In this document: positions 35,051 through 35,217 of the stretch, in pieces
Layout: each line of letters starts with the position of its first letter
Numbering within the stretch: position 1 is the first letter of the stretch
Assembly (NCBI RefSeq): GCF_000315625.1
Contig: NW_005434658.1
Span: 23,295-58,511 of the forward strand
Direction of reading: 5' to 3'
Origin: Guillardia theta CCMP2712
Lineage: Eukaryota; Protista; Cryptophyta
DNA: 35,217 nucleotides
Position numbers and translations under genes: made by a program
The notes under the pieces: model-generated
What the model saw: the letters and a program-made list of their open reading frames with translations, nothing else
Told to the model about the DNA's origin: nothing
Databases searched by the model: none

Positions 35051-35217
35051 GTGATTTCAATCGATTCGAGCGAGATTTTAACGTACATAACGTTTTCAAC
35101 GTCCCATAACCGTATAACCGAATATTTCAACGGAAACCGTTGATCCGTCAATCTATCGTTGGTGCAATGCGCGTTCTGATTCGCTACTGTTGACACTTGT
35201 CGCGGCTGATCGAACAG

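Noticed and set aside
1-35217. Autonomous transposon, viral insert, tRNA or rRNA genes
   Set aside because: No transposase, RT, integrase or capsid motifs, and no recognisable structural RNA seen by eye; a covariance-model scan was not possible.

Overview
Eukaryotic, gene-dense nuclear DNA with many short (about 35-60 nt) spliceosomal introns and longer introns filled with microsatellites, plus two assembly gaps (4736-5458, 10041-10140). The style (intron sizes, microsatellite introns, RWP-RK factor, ciliary genes) suggests a flagellated alga, plausibly a cryptophyte such as Guillardia theta; this is inference. About 13 loci were reconstructed by hand-splicing: BET bromodomain protein (-), PKD2-like channel (+), a signal-peptide-bearing putative two-domain glycosyltransferase (-), LAMTOR3 (-), BBS5 (+), a long coiled-coil protein (-), an RWP-RK factor (-), THOC5 (-), an orphan multi-TM protein resembling an adenylyl-cyclase membrane anchor (-), a truncated MCM8 pseudogene with an in-frame stop (+), exocyst Sec6/EXOC3 (+), a CUB/Cys-rich type II membrane protein (+) and a tetraspan-like membrane protein (-). 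Most notable: the GT-B + GT-A fusion, the lower-GC block carrying the decayed MCM8 and the cyclase-less anchor, and two recurring intergenic sequence types (GC-rich palindrome-word islands and strand-biased GGGGT/ACCCC tracts). No database searches were run; family calls come from recognised motifs.
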